A stretch of DNA of 64,000 nt from Carcharhinus amblyrhynchos. Taxonomy: Eukaryota. The first letter of the stretch is position 1. Every line of letters starts with the position of its first letter. Below, piece after piece: positions 1-12,379 of the stretch. A program made the translations under genes and the position numbers. The DNA lies in assembly GCA_965287045.1 (NCBI GenBank), contig OZ336878.1, forward strand, positions 106,020,001 to 106,084,000, in the 5' to 3' direction. The notes beneath the pieces were generated by a model, which worked only from the letters and a program-made list of their open reading frames with translations, was not told where the DNA came from and searched no databases.

Positions 1-797
1 AACCGCAGTGTCTCCGCGACACCCTTTTGCGCAAGAAAAAAAATCTGTGATCCTGATGACCACCTTTGCAAAAAACCGAATCCTTCCAGTAGATTGATAA
101 GGGATGTTCACTGTCAGCGGTGCAACCATTTGCACCTGGAGATCTAAAACCCCTTAGCAGCGGTTTGGCAGCTATGGTCAAGATCTGTCATTAGAATATA
201 TATACCCGATATGTTTCATCCATTCATCGAGGGACAAGATGCAGTTGTGGATCATCTCAGCCCCGAACTGTATTCTGTTCAGCTGCGCAAGTGAACAAAC
301 TGGTTGTGTATCAATCAGATGAAGCTGTATCAGGCAAACAAATGGAACAGAAGCCTTGCGCTTTGGAGAAATCAAATCCCTACCACAATTTGATAATTTC
401 AAGTCGAATTTAAAAAAAAAGAAGCCTCAATCCAACATTTTTAGTTATCATGGATGATACGCCCATTAACAATAACCCGGATACGACACCTGAACATTAG
501 GACGCATGCTTCAAATGGCAGCTCGAAGTCCTAGCATTTAGAGCTTTGGTGGCACAATTCTTACGACACAGAGTGCTAATGCAACTCTGGAAACGGCAAA
601 CAGGGTAAGAAAGCCCACGTCGGATCCTAATTTTATGTGTCATTTAGGCCAATTGTATGTAATTTAAATACATATGTGACCAATTTCGTCACAGGTTTCG
701 TTTTTGTTTGTTTTGGAACACTGTGCTAATAGAATTGTGGCTAGTAATGTCTGGACAGAACATCAATGTTTCAAGATCATCAGGCAGGTCAGGGTAA

Positions 798-1146
798 TTT
801 TTTTTTTCATTCATGGAATATAGGCGTCGCTGGCCGGATCAACATTTAAAGCTTGTACCTAGCTGCCCGTGGAGGGCAGTTGAAATTCAACCACATTGAT
901 TTCGCTCTGGAATCACATGTAGGCCAGACCAGGGAACGACGCCTGGATCCCTCCACTGAAAGGCATTGATGAACGAAAAGTTCCTGGATTGGACAGCCGA
1001 CAATGGTTATCACTGAATTCTTAATTCCAGACCTTTTATTTAATTGAATTAAAACTGCACTATCTGCAGTGGTGGGTTCGAACCAGGGTCCGCATGGGCT
1101 GATTTTCCGGATCTCGTGATAATACCACCAAGGCATCTACCTCCCC
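798..1146 (-). mobile_element. Deu-domain SINE (SacSINE1/AmnSINE-like) with tRNA-like head and LINE-derived tail
   Basis: Plus strand carries ggagggcagttgaaattcaaccacattg...ctggaatcacatgtaggccagacc, the reverse complement of a Deu-domain-like core. B-box-like ggttcgaacc lies near 1075. Poly-T at 798-808 is the A-tail. The tail matches the 3' end of the LINE at 5795-8790. Confidence 0.7.
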
Positions 1147-2565
1147 ATTAGGATTATAAATTTATCGCCTCAATCCCACTAAAAACCTGAGCTGAGCTAG
1201 GTTTGCACATCAAAGACTAAAGGGTAGAGTAAGAGGATCGACGAAGCGTGCGAAGTTCAACTGCATTGCATACTTTTCGGGAATTAAACAATACGCAACT
1301 TTAGCAATGTCAACACATTCTGGGAATTGTCGGAAAAAAAAGTTATGCGTCATATATGGTCTATCTGAAAGAACGACGAAGGAAATAAGACTGTCTTCGT
1401 TTTAACGAGAAAATGATTGGATAATTGCACACAGTAGATCAATGGCATCCGCAGATATTACTAATTCATTTGGGTTCCCAAAGGGAAGTTTGGTTACATT
1501 GGAGAACCATGTGCCGCGAAAGAAATGACGCACAAATTTCATTTATGTGCGTCATAAATGTGGGCGTTGATGCCAGGGCTAGTATGTGCTGCCCATAACG
1601 ACCGTAATCAGTGGTTGGTCCTGGCTTCAGTCAAGTTACTATGAAAATCAGAGCCTTGAAATAACTCTATTTTCCCAACTGTTGGAATGGGAGAAATGCA
1701 TCGTCTAAGTTTTATGTGGTACAGTCCAGCTGTAGACAAGACTTGCCTGTCTGCTTGTGACTACAATATAGCATTAAAGGCACGCCAAAGCTAATTCACT
1801 GACTGAGGGAGGATAATCGAAATACGACAGCATTTTCTCAAATTGCACCGGGCCCAAATAACTTGTTGGTTGCGATTCCCGTAGGCGTGGCACCATGTCA
1901 TGCTGTGCACCACGAGATACTGACAATACTGATTATTTTAGTCGATTTGTTTTCTTTTTCCTCGGATGAAATAATCCTTATATCAGTGTCGAATACAATA
2001 TTGAAGATTAGTTCTTCCGAAATAGTGATGCGCATAGCCATGTTATCCCAGTGTATTGACAGCATTGGCAGCAAACTGGACACATTGAAGATTATTTGGA
2101 TATGTACGGCCCAAAAGAAAACAAGACAAGGTGAATTTCGCACCTATCACCGCACATCTACGCCTTTGCGTGTGCTGCACAGTGAAAATATATACAATCA
2201 ATAAACGAAGTTACACAGGTTCCACATCTGCTGTCGGAGGCTAACGTTGGGCCTCACTTATCAGGAGATACTATTAAAAAAAAAAATCCCAGCCTATTTC
2301 CCTATTGGGTTAATAGCTGCTCAGCCACATACAACCGCTTTAAATCCGAATATGACGAAGTCCACCTCTCCTCGAGTGTTTCACCTGCTGGTATTCGATT
2401 AACAACCAAGTGGTAGAAGGCGTTTTTACGCAGTAGATAAATCATCTCAAAAAGTTCACTACAACTCGATTGTTTTCCACTATTGTCACTCAAATTCTGA
2501 GCTTATTGCAGCCTTGTAAACAAAATAAGTAAACGAAGGGTGTGATAGAAGAGACAATAGATCCA

Positions 2566-2760
2566 TAGTTCATAAGATCTAGGAGCACAATTGGGCCTTT
2601 GGGCTAATCAGATCTTCTCCACCATTCAATCATGGATTGTAAATTTCTCGACCCCATTCTTCGCTAATTCCCCATCACTTTTGACTCTTTTCCAGTTAAG
2701 AACCTATCTGTCTCTGTCTTAAAAGCTGGCCTCTACAGCATTGTGAGAAAAAGAATTGCA
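2566..2760 (-). mobile_element. Decayed CR1 LINE 3' end fragment
   Basis: cataagatctaggagcacaattgggcc...ccattcaatcatgg resembles the CR1 tail seen intact at 56909-57000. Confidence 0.6.
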
Positions 2761-2799
2761 TTTGAAAACGATGGCACTTGATAGAAATGAAACTTTTGG

Positions 2800-3660
2800 G
2801 GCACTGCGGCACTTAAAATCTGAGCACAAACAAGGGGCTCAGCATGTATCTCAGTACAGACTGGAGTCATACCTCATCCAAAGACAGATAGCTGTTGTTG
2901 GTGGTGGCTGATCAGTCCAGTGACATCCATGCAGGGCTTCCTCAGTGTACTGCCAATGACTCAAGCGTATGCAACTGATATGCAAATGACTTACTTCCCT
3001 TCAGATCAGAAAGTGAGATGCACTCTGCTCATAGTATGCATTTGGCATCATCCATTATGGCTCAGGTGCTGATGAATCTGTGTCTATACTCAACAGGAAT
3101 TTATAAGCTGTTCAGTTATGGCTCAAAACAGTAACCTAATATTCCTTCAGCAAACCAACGTACAACTTAACTAACAAGAGAAATTATAGCCACTTGAAAG
3201 TCGGTGTAATTTCAATTACTGCATCTACAACTATCACCTTGCGATTTTATTGATCAGAAACAAAACTGAAATGGCCATGAAAATAGGGGTGCAGAACGAG
3301 CAGATCAGAACCTTGAACTTTTAATAAGGGCAAATCAACACTTTTCCACGTAAAAGTTGCAAAAGTAATTGACTCCCCACCTCCCGCCCATCTGTCTGGA
3401 TATGTATATAACTAAATATGTCTACAAAACAGACATATTTCAGGACAACATAGCCAGATTAATGTATACCCCATCTGCAAACATAAACATTTGTTTTTTG
3501 CACGAGCCATTTGGCAGTGGGAATAGTTCGTGCCATTTAAAGCACATAATTCAGCAAGTTACAACTGCTTCGGCAATAGTACGATATACATCTGCGATCG
3601 TTTCTACCTGGAAATGCAGAAGTAACCAATACGTGGGATCCTTGCTGGTGTACTGAAGAA
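2800..3660 (+). mobile_element. Highly decayed copy of the CR1/L2-group LINE family found at 5795-8790 (RT to 3' region)
   Basis: Collinear similarity to 7480-8480, e.g. ctggagtcatacct...gttgttgg and tgatcagaaacaaaactg. Many indels. Confidence 0.5.
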
Positions 3661-4117
3661 CCGAATTAGCAGCCAGTGACGGATTCAATTCTGGATCATA
3701 GGGTGGAGATTGTCAAAACGTTCGTTAATAATTCGTATGATTGTACTGATTCCGACAACTAGTCAAGATTGTAATTAATATATAACTATACTATTCGAAA
3801 CAATCGACTTCTGCCATTTCAAAGCACACGGACTGCAAATGCATGTGGCTTCCTTACACAGATGTGTGGGACACCATTACATACAGATTTCCCTCCAGCC
3901 ACAGCACAGTGTGCCAAATCCTCCACCCTTGTTTGCTCAGAGATTTGAAATTCGCTCCTGTGTTTTCGCTCCACATGAGCAAATGTTCTGTATTGTTTTG
4001 CGATCCTATTCCAGCACGAAATTGTTACTGACAATAAGAGAGGTTTGCCCTTGTTAACAATAAGTTGATGCTCACATCCTGTTGAAAAAAAAAGAAAAAA
4101 AGAAGAAATCTACTCAC

Positions 4118-4144
4118 TGCTCTCCGCAATAAGTTGTTCCAGTT
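4118..4144 (-). other. Candidate 27-nt micro-exon (phase 1-1 reads xLEQLIAESx)
   Basis: Minus strand: atttacattttcctag|aactggaacaacttattgcggagagca|gtgagt. Canonical splice signals and length divisible by 3. No homology established. Confidence 0.25.
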
Positions 4145-4825
4145 CTAGGAAAATGTAAATGCAAATCATTATTTAGGTTGGATTTAAAAGCAATGGCATC
4201 ACGAACATATGAGTATTGACGGTGGGAATCGATTTACTGAATGGCAGTTGTAGCTCTGATAACACCGTGTCCAATATTGTGTTGCACTGAAAATAGCTAG
4301 CCTCGCCATAGAGAAAGTTTCTGTCAAGTGGCGTTGACCGAAATTTTCTTTCCTAAATGGTCAGCCCAAAACAGCATGTGGACTTCCAGATGTCAGGACG
4401 CGGGCAAAACAGTAAATGGAAGTAGAACAAAAACATAATTAGTAAATCATTGCGGTGAATGAATGACACCAGTAAATGATACAGAAAAAGATGAAATTAA
4501 ACATTTTGCATTGATTGAATTGAAAGTCCAGTGCCTGCGAGAGTATATTAGCTAAGTTCCCGCAGAACTTATTTTTAGAGAAGAGGGAGTGGGGGGTACA
4601 TTCGCAGCAAAGCTAATTAATTCATTAATTGGGGAGGAGGAATGGCACATTAGTCAAGCACAATGTTGAGAACTGATGAATTAGGGGGAAATGCATGAGC
4701 GTAGGCAGGGAGTCTGGCAACTATATGAGGGGAGAAATCAACGTTCTGGCTAAAGAGGAGGGAGAAAAAACGTATAAAGTTAGGAAACAGGAACGGCATG
4801 ATAACATTGGTTATTCTACACAAAG

Positions 4826-5790
4826 AAACATCGAACATAGAAAATAGAAGCAGGGGTAGGAGATTCAGCCCTTCGACTCTTCTCCATCATTCTTTTTTAT
4901 CATGGCAAGTCATCGAATTAATTATCCCGATCTTCCATTTCATCCATGTATCTTGATCGTTTTTGCTCCAAGAGCTATAACGAATTTGTCTTTGAGATCA
5001 GACCACATTTTTGCCTTATAAAATTCTATGGTGTTGAATTTCACACATTCACCACTCTCTGGGTGAAGGAATTTCACCTTACTTCAGATGCAAAAACTTT
5101 ACTGATTATCCTCCATTTATGATCACTACTTCTGACTCCACTCCATTAGGAACTTGTTGTCTGAATTTACCATGCCTAATAATATCAGAATTCTATAAGT
5201 TTTTATGAGATCTCTCTCACTCTTCTAAACTCCAGTGAATACAATCAAAAGCAATTTAGCCTCTTCTCACATGACAGACCTTCCAACCCAGGAATCAGCT
5301 TTGCAAAACTTTGCTGTGCTTCCCCTATAGCAAGCATATCCTTCCTCAGACAAGAACACCAAAACTACACATAAAACTCCAGGTTTGGCCTCAGCTATAC
5401 AAATGCAGCAAAAACATCCCAATTCCTATATTGAAGTCATCCCGTCATGATGGCCAACACGCCAGCTAATTTCTTTACTGCCTGTTGTACCTGCCCGCTT
5501 ACCTTCAACGACTGATGCATGTGGAATCCAGTATCTCTTGGTATCCATCCCTCTCATTTTACACCCATTCAAGTGATAATCAGTTTCCCTCTGCTTTCTA
5601 CCAAAGTGGACTTTTGCACATTTATCCACATTATACTGCATTTGCCATGTTAATGCCCACATACTCAGCCTGTCCAAATCAGGCTGAAGCATTTCTACAT
5701 CCCTCGCACAGCTCATCCTCCCACCCAACTTTGAGTCATTTGGAAATTTGGAGAAAACATTTCCCAATTCTCACTCCCAGATCATTAATA
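4826..5790 (-). mobile_element. CR1 LINE, 3' portion (RT C-terminus and 3'UTR), interrupted at about 5790
   Basis: ORF 5426-5767 reads SKFPNDSKLGG...DLDRLSMWALTWQMQYNVDKCAKVHFGRK, typical of CR1 RT (FADDTKLGG...KC.V.HFG). Microsatellite-like tail aaacatcgaacatagaaaatag. Confidence 0.85.
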
Positions 5791-5794
5791 TATA

Positions 5795-8790
5795 ATGAAT
5801 CGACTCAAAAAATGTCAAAAAAAAGCCTGATATAGCCATTCTCACAGGATAATACTTTACAGATAATTTACCATTGAGAATCCTAACCATCATTGGATAT
5901 GTGTGTCCCACCGGCAGGGCAGACCCAGTAAAACTGGTGGCATAGTAGTATGCAGTCGGGACTGAGTTGTCTTGGTAGTCCTTTTGCTTTGGATAAAGTC
6001 TCATGGCTGCAGGTTAAACACGGGCAAGGAAACCTCTCATTGGTTATCAAGTACGGTCCCCTTTTGGCTGATGAATCAATATTCCACCATGTTGAACAAC
6101 ACTTGAATTAAGCACATTGGGTGGGAAGGGTGCAAATTGTACTCTGGGTGGGAGATTTCAATGTCCAAGAAGAGTGGCTTGGTAGCAGCACTACTGATCG
6201 AGCTGATCGGGTTCTGAAGCGTACAACTGTTAGACTGGGTCTGCAGCAGGCTGTGAAGGAATGAACAAGAGGAAAAACATACTTAACCTCATTCTTACCA
6301 ATCTGCCGGCTACAGATGCATCTGTCCATGATAATATCGCTAAGTGTGACCACAGCACCGTTCTTGTGCGGACGAAGTCCCACCAACACATTGAGAATAA
6401 CCTTCATTGTGTAGAGTGGCATTATAAAGGTATTCAACGGGAACGAATTGAAACAGATCTACAAACTCAAAACTGGGTATCTAGAGGCGATGTGGGGCAT
6501 GCACAGTAGCGGAACTGTATTCCAGTACAATCTGCAAACTTACGGTCCGACATATTTCTCACTCAACCATTACCATCAAGTCAGGGGATCAGCTCTGAAT
6601 CAATGGAGTCTGCAGGAGGGCATGTCAGGAGCAGCACTAGGTCTATGTGAAAATGAGGTGTCAACCAGGTGAAGATACGAAAGAAAACTACCTGCACTCC
6701 AAACGACAAAAATCAGCGAGTGATATACAGGGATTAGCTATCTCAAAACCACGGAGCAGATTTTAGTATTGCAGTCCTTCCATCCAGTCGTCAATGGTGG
6801 TGGACAACTAAAACATTCAAATTTATGCATCCCCAACGATGGACGAGGTCAGCACATATATAGAAAAGAGAAGGCTGAAGCACTCGCAACAATCTTCAAC
6901 CAGAAGTGCCAAGTGGATGATCCAACTCGGCGTCCTCCAGTGATACCCAACGGCTCAGATGTCAGTCTCCAGCCAATTCGATTCACTCCACAGGATACGA
7001 AGAAACGTTTGGAGGCCCTGGTTACTGCGGAAGCAATGGATCCTGATAATATTCTGGAATCTGTAGTTAAGACTTGTACTCCAGAACTTGATGCCCCCAT
7101 GGCCAAGCATTTTGACTACAATTGCAACACTGGCTTCAAACCAACAATGTAGACAATTTGGCAGGTATGTCCTGCACACAAGAAGCAGGAGAAATCCAAC
7201 CAAGCCTATTACCGGCCAATCCATCTATTTCCGATCATCAGTAAAGTGATGGAAGGGATCATCAACAATGCCATCAAGCAGCACCTGCTCAGCAATAACC
7301 TGCTCAGTGACGGCGAGTTTGGGTTTTGCCATGGCCGCTCAGGTCTTGGTCTCATTATAGCTTTGGATGAAATATCGACAAAATAACTGAATTCCAGAGA
7401 TGATATGAGAGTGATAGAACTTTACATCAGGACCGCACTCGAACGAATGTGGTATCCCGGAGCCCTCGTAAAAGTGGAATCAATGGTTATGAGTGGACAA
7501 ACACTCCACTTGTTGATACCATACCTGGTACATGGAAAGATGGTTGTGGTTGCGGAAAGTCAGTCATCTCAGCTCCAGGAATTTTCTGTAGGAGTCCTTC
7601 AGGGTAGTGTCTCCGGTCCAACAATCTTCGGTTGCTTCATCAAAGACCTTCCCTCCATCATAACGTCCGAAGTGCGGATGCTTATGGGATGGTTGTGTAA
7701 TGTTTGGCGTCATTAGAAACTCCTCAGAAAATGAAACAATCCATGTCCACATGCAACAATTCTGACAAAATCCAGCCTTGGACTGACGTGTGGAATATAT
7801 AACATTCGCACCACACAAATGTCACACAATTACCATCATCATTAAGGGGCATTCTAACCACCCCTCCCCCCTGACATTGAATTATGTGACCTTCACTGAA
7901 AACCCCACTGTCAACATCCTTTGGGTTACCATTGAACAGAATTATCTCAGGAATTCTCTGCCCATTGATGTGGTGGAGGCTACCTCGTTGAATGTACTTA
8001 AGTCATGGGCAGATAGGTTTCTGATAGACAAGGGAATTAAGGGTTATGGGGAGAAAGCGGGAAAGTGGAACTGATTCACTTCAGATCAGCCATGATCTTA
8101 TTGAATGACGCGGCAGGATCGAAGGGCTAGATGGCCTACCCCTGCTCCTATTTCTTATGTTCTTAGAAAATCAACTAGACAAAAATCCAGTGGCTAACAA
8201 ATCAGATAAGATCGAGGAATACTTTGGTGAGTAACTCATCTCCTGCCTCCGCAAAGTCTATCCACCATCTACATACTACAAGTCAATATAGATATTCCTC
8301 ACATGCCCAGATGGTTACAGCTCCAACAAGCACTCAAGAAGCTTCACACCATTCAGAATAAAACAGCCCACTTGATTGACACTATATCTACAAACAACAA
8401 CTCCCTCCACCACCGGCGCACAATAGCAGCATTGTGTACTATCTACCAGATTCACAGCAGCAATTCACCAAAGATCCTTCGACAGCATCTTTCGAACCCA
8501 CGAGACCTTCCACCCTGAAGATCAAGGGCAGCAGATACATGAGTGCAGCACCATCTGCAGGTTTCCCTCGAAGCCACTCACTGTCTGGACTTGGAATTAT
8601 ATCGCCGTGCCTTCACAGTCACTAAGACAATGTGAAGTTACTCCCATAACGGTACTCTAAGTCACCCCACAGCACGTGAACTGCAGCGATTCAAGGAGGC
8701 AGTTCACCATCACTTTCTCAAGGGCAATTAGCGATGGTCAATAAATGCTGGCCAGCCAATTACGCCCATTTCCCATGAATGGCTAAAAAA
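5795..8790 (+). mobile_element. CR1/L2-group LINE, about 3 kb, decayed ORF2 with APE endonuclease and RT
   Basis: Endonuclease motifs WVGDFNV (about 6145) and NILNLILTN...KCDHSTV (6261-6509). RT motifs YRPIHLFPIISKVMEG and GVLQGSVSGPTIF. 3' end ...aataaatgctggccagcc...cccatgaatggctaaaaaa. Frameshifts and stops throughout. Confidence 0.9.
7942..8164 (+). mobile_element. 5'-truncated young CR1 tail inserted in the older LINE
   Basis: Closely matches 21600-21815 and the reverse complement of 56909-57135. Ends tttcttatgttctt. Flanked by agaa at 7938-7941 and 8165-8168 (possible TSD). Confidence 0.85.
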
Positions 8791-9355
8791 TAACATTTAG
8801 TATCCTAGCACAGACCTCTGCTGGACCCCACTGGTTGCTGTCGAAAAGAAAAGGACTCATAATGCCAAGTCTTCGCATACTATCTGCTGACCAGATGTCT
8901 ATCGATCTGAAGGCATTGCGTGCAATTCCATGGGCTTTAAATTTGCATTGTGGCCTGCTGTGTGGGAACTTGTTCAAAGACTTCTGAAATTCCAAATAAA
9001 CAAAGTCCATTGATTCTCCTCCATCAACGTTATTAAGTCCACGTGCAAAGAATTCCAATGCATTCGCCAAGCAACATTTCCTTTTTTCAATCCATGTTGA
9101 CTTTGCGTGATTAGCCCACTGTCTTCCAAATTCTGAGTCATGAAATCATTGATAAGGTACGTAACCGACTTCCCCTGCATCAACGTTCAGCTCATTGGTA
9201 AAGAGTTCCTTGTTTTCTCCCTAACTCACTTTATGAATAGCGGTCTTACATTATCTTCCCTCCAATCTGTACTAACCATAGCAGAGTCCAAAGAAATATG
9301 GAGAATATTTACCAAAGGATCGTTTATTTGCTGGTCCACTTCCTTAAGTGTTCTT
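8791..9355 (-). mobile_element. CR1 LINE RT region, upstream continuation of the 4826-5790 element
   Basis: ORFs read SGLITQSQHGLKKG and LEFF...VDGGESMDFVYLEFQKSLNKFPH (CR1 RT: QHGF.KG...DVVYLDFQKAFDKVPH). Same strand and collinear across the 5795-8790 insertion. Confidence 0.8.
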
Positions 9356-9940
9356 TTGATTTGATTCTGATTTGATTTACTATTGTCAAATGTATTCCTA
9401 TACAGTGAAACACATTGCTTATTGCGTGCTTTTCAGAGGAAGTATGACGTTCATAGAAAAGGAAACAAGAGTTTGCAGAATGTAGTGTTACAGCCATAGC
9501 TAGGTTGTAGAGAAAGGTCAACTTAATGCAAGTTAGGCTCATTCAACAGTCTGATGGCACGAAGGAAGAATCTGTTCTTGCGTTGGTTGGTTCGAGACCT
9601 CAAACTTTTGTATTTTTTTCGGATGAAGTTGGAAGAAAGAATGCCCGGGAGTTCTGTGGTCCTTAATTAGGTTAGCTGTTTTGCAGATGCAACAGGAAGT
9701 GTATGAAGAGTCAGTGAATAGTTGATTTGGGTGCTGGATTGGGATAAATTCAGTTTATATTGCAGTTTATTTTGTTCTTGGGTAGAGTAAGAGCCATACA
9801 ACCGGAAAGGATGTTTCCATTATGCATCTGTTAAAGTTGTTGAGAGTCTTAGCTGGCATATCAAATTTCCTGAGTCTTCTGAGAAAGTAGTGGCGTTGGT
9901 GAGCTTTCTTAACTGTAGTGTCGGTATGGGGGACCAGGGC
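9356..9940 (-). mobile_element. Rex1/Babar-type LINE, 3' fragment
   Basis: Minus translation WSPHTDTTVKKAHQRHYFLRRLRKFDMPAKTLNNFNRC matches the Rex1 RT C-terminus (KKAHQRLYFLRRLRKF). (ttgat)n-like tail at 9356-9380. Confidence 0.8.
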
Positions 9941-10100
9941 TCTTGTATGAATTTCATCACAACATAGAAATTAAGCCAGCACCAGTCCCATAAATTTCCC
10001 CAAAACCATTTCTGTACACATACTGATTTCCTTCAGCTCCTCACTAAAATATGTTTATTTCAGATGTTCTGATACATTATTTATGCCTCCCTTTGGGAAC
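9941..10100 (-). mobile_element. Probable further continuation of the host CR1 beyond the Rex1 insertion
   Basis: Decayed CR1-like sequence (ctgatttccttcagctcctc...) on the same strand. Weak. Confidence 0.4.
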
Positions 10101-11284
10101 TGTAAGTAATGCAATGTTCACTTTGTTTGATTAGATTATGATCAACGTGCAACCAAAACGTAATCTGCACCTTTACCTCACCCATGCTAAGATGCTTTAA
10201 TCAAGTTGCCTTTGACTTTCGTAAACTCCACCAGTTATATCCAAAATATCCTGATCATAGAAAGTGTCAGCTCCCATCCTAGCTTCGTAAGCTAGCTCCG
10301 GAATTCTTTCAACATATGTACATCGTTCAGCCGCGGATGGCGGGGTGGGGGGTTATAGCGGAAGGGGGGGCTGGTATGGGGTGGGGGGTGGGCTAATGTT
10401 ATTGCAACAGGGTAAGAAGCTGGCAACCCATGGTAACGCTTCTGGAACCATCGTTCGATCTTATCAGGTTTGCACATGAAACCAGTATTCAATGGATATT
10501 CGAATATTTTGACTGGCATCTAATTATGACGACCATAGTTAAGACGGTTGCATAACATGTATGCAACAGAAGTGCAATATCGCTGTTCAACATTGCTAAT
10601 TAATTAGGTTTATTTTCTATCGGATTAAAACTAACTGTCGACATGTTTTACTATTTTGCACAAAAGTCGGAAGTAAATCGTACGATCAGTCATCATACTT
10701 ATTGTTACCATTCTGCACTAGCCAATATGTTTCTCCGCGCTCGTCATGTAGACCTTGTTTACCACACTTTTTATTTTGTTTAATGCTCCATACAATCTGC
10801 TGTTAAGTGTCACAGTTTTGCACAGATATTTGCATTTCCTTTCGTAATTTTGAAAGTTTGAGTCTCCACTTTCACTCTTTCTATTTCCCCTTCGAAAATA
10901 TCGACTTTTGTATTTGTTTCAATATCTGCTTAAATCTCTACCATCACACCATTATTGTCTTTGTATTTCAATTAACGTGTCGCACCACTATAGCTCGAAT
11001 TTTGCTAAGATATTGTCCTCCTTTAACGTCAATGTTTTCTTCGTAGACCTGCACTTCTCTCTCTCAATTGCATGTCGCATTCATTCATATTCAGATTAGT
11101 TAATTGTGCCTTTTCCACAAAATCATTTTCTGTGCACTTTGCTTTCTGGTTGCCGCTAGCATGTGCGATTTTAAGAAACTATCATGAATAATACCCATCA
11201 ATTCTCTTTTTTGACAATGTTTGCTCAGCTGTTTTGTTTTCAACCTGGTGTGCGGATTGATGGTCCCTTCCCGCGCAAACCCAC

Positions 11285-11418
11285 NNNNNNNNNNNNNNNN
11301 NNNNNNNNNNNNNNNNNNNNNNNNNNNNNNNNNNNNNNNNNNNNNNNNNNNNNNNNNNNNNNNNNNNNNNNNNNNNNNNNNNNNNNNNNNNNNNNNNNNN
11401 NNNNNNNNNNNNNNNNNN
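11285..11418. other. Assembly gap (134 N)
   Basis: Run of n characters. Confidence 0.99.
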
Positions 11419-11703
11419 ACAACCTTTTTGGGAATGCCCATTAATTTTGATGTTATACCCAATCGTCCTGGCTTATACAGTTATGGGAGATGTTGATGAC
11501 GTGGAGGTATTTGTGGGACTGTACATCCATCTCACAAGTGACAAAATGTTTCTTTCCTTGATCATTTCCATTTTCAGCATAATGTTGCAAACTAACCTAA
11601 GTGGAACGGAGAGACAAGTTTGCAATATTACTTAATTTGCCTCCTTATTTCATAACTGGAGCACAATTTTACAAATATATAATAAAGTATATTGTTGCCT
11701 TAC

Positions 11704-11727
11704 CTGCATTTCTCTGTTGCAGTGAGG
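11704..11727 (-). other. Candidate 24-nt micro-exon
   Basis: Minus strand: cattttctttgcttttgcctgatcactag|cctcactgcaacagagaaatgcag|gtaagg. Confidence 0.25.
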
Positions 11728-12178
11728 CTAGTGATCAGGCAAAAGCAAAGAAAATGCAAGAGGCAATTAATACCAACGTGGTGATATAACGTGAAATAAA
11801 TTAAATACATTTCTGAAACTGTTAACATGATGGGACCACAGATGTTATTCCTTTTCTGAAATTATTATGTGTTACATAAGACGACATATTGCCCAATTTG
11901 TTTTGAACCAAAAGGCAGAACGGTGCTACCAATTCTACACCAAGAGGAGGCCAGCAATTTCACAATTTCACTCAGTCAGTTACTGTCGTGGTCTTTTCAC
12001 TGAAGCTAACAAACAAACAATTTACATTTCAGCTAAATCTCAACCATTTCGTCAACATTCTTAGGCTCAAAATGTCATTCTCCAATATCAAAATTTTCCC
12101 GATACTTCCCTTCGCTCACTTTGAAATGCACAAACATTAATTTTAAATCATTTACAAAACAGTTGACATTTCACTTAC

Positions 12179-12297
12179 CGTATTGAGTGTTGCGCAGGTT
12201 CAGGGTTTTTTTTTGCTCGACGTTCTTGCACTGTCTCTGCATCTCCGACTTCGACGCTACTCCTTAGCTGATGATGTATTGTGATGCATTCAATATC
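12179..12297 (-). other. Candidate 119-nt exon (phase 0-2; DIECITIHHQLRSSVEVGDAETVQERRAKKNPEPAQHSI)
   Basis: tctagcag| acceptor (weak) and cg|gtaagt donor (strong). One open frame across the unit. Confidence 0.25.
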
Positions 12298-12379
12298 CTG
12301 CTAGACGAATTTGGGTCATTCAAATGTTCGGAATTCCCATGAAATCGTGAATATTTTCGACCTCTTCATGGAAGTTGTG

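Noticed and set aside
699-725. RSS-like cgtttttgt-11 bp-cactgtg, suggesting an Ig/TCR J or D segment
   Set aside because: Imperfect nonamer inside a T-rich tract. Downstream sequence lacks FGxG/WGxG, and I found no V or C exon or partner RSS.
1525-1555. 10-bp hairpin atgacgcaca/tgtgcgtcat (similar small one at about 23231-23255)
   Set aside because: Short and isolated, with no supporting context. Expected by chance.
10180-10250. Minus-strand exon-like unit
   Set aside because: Stops in all frames, and it reads as a CR1 remnant (EF....G.LI).
11100-11496. Several ORFs spanning 11.1-11.5 kb
   Set aside because: Lengths are inflated by the 134-N gap.
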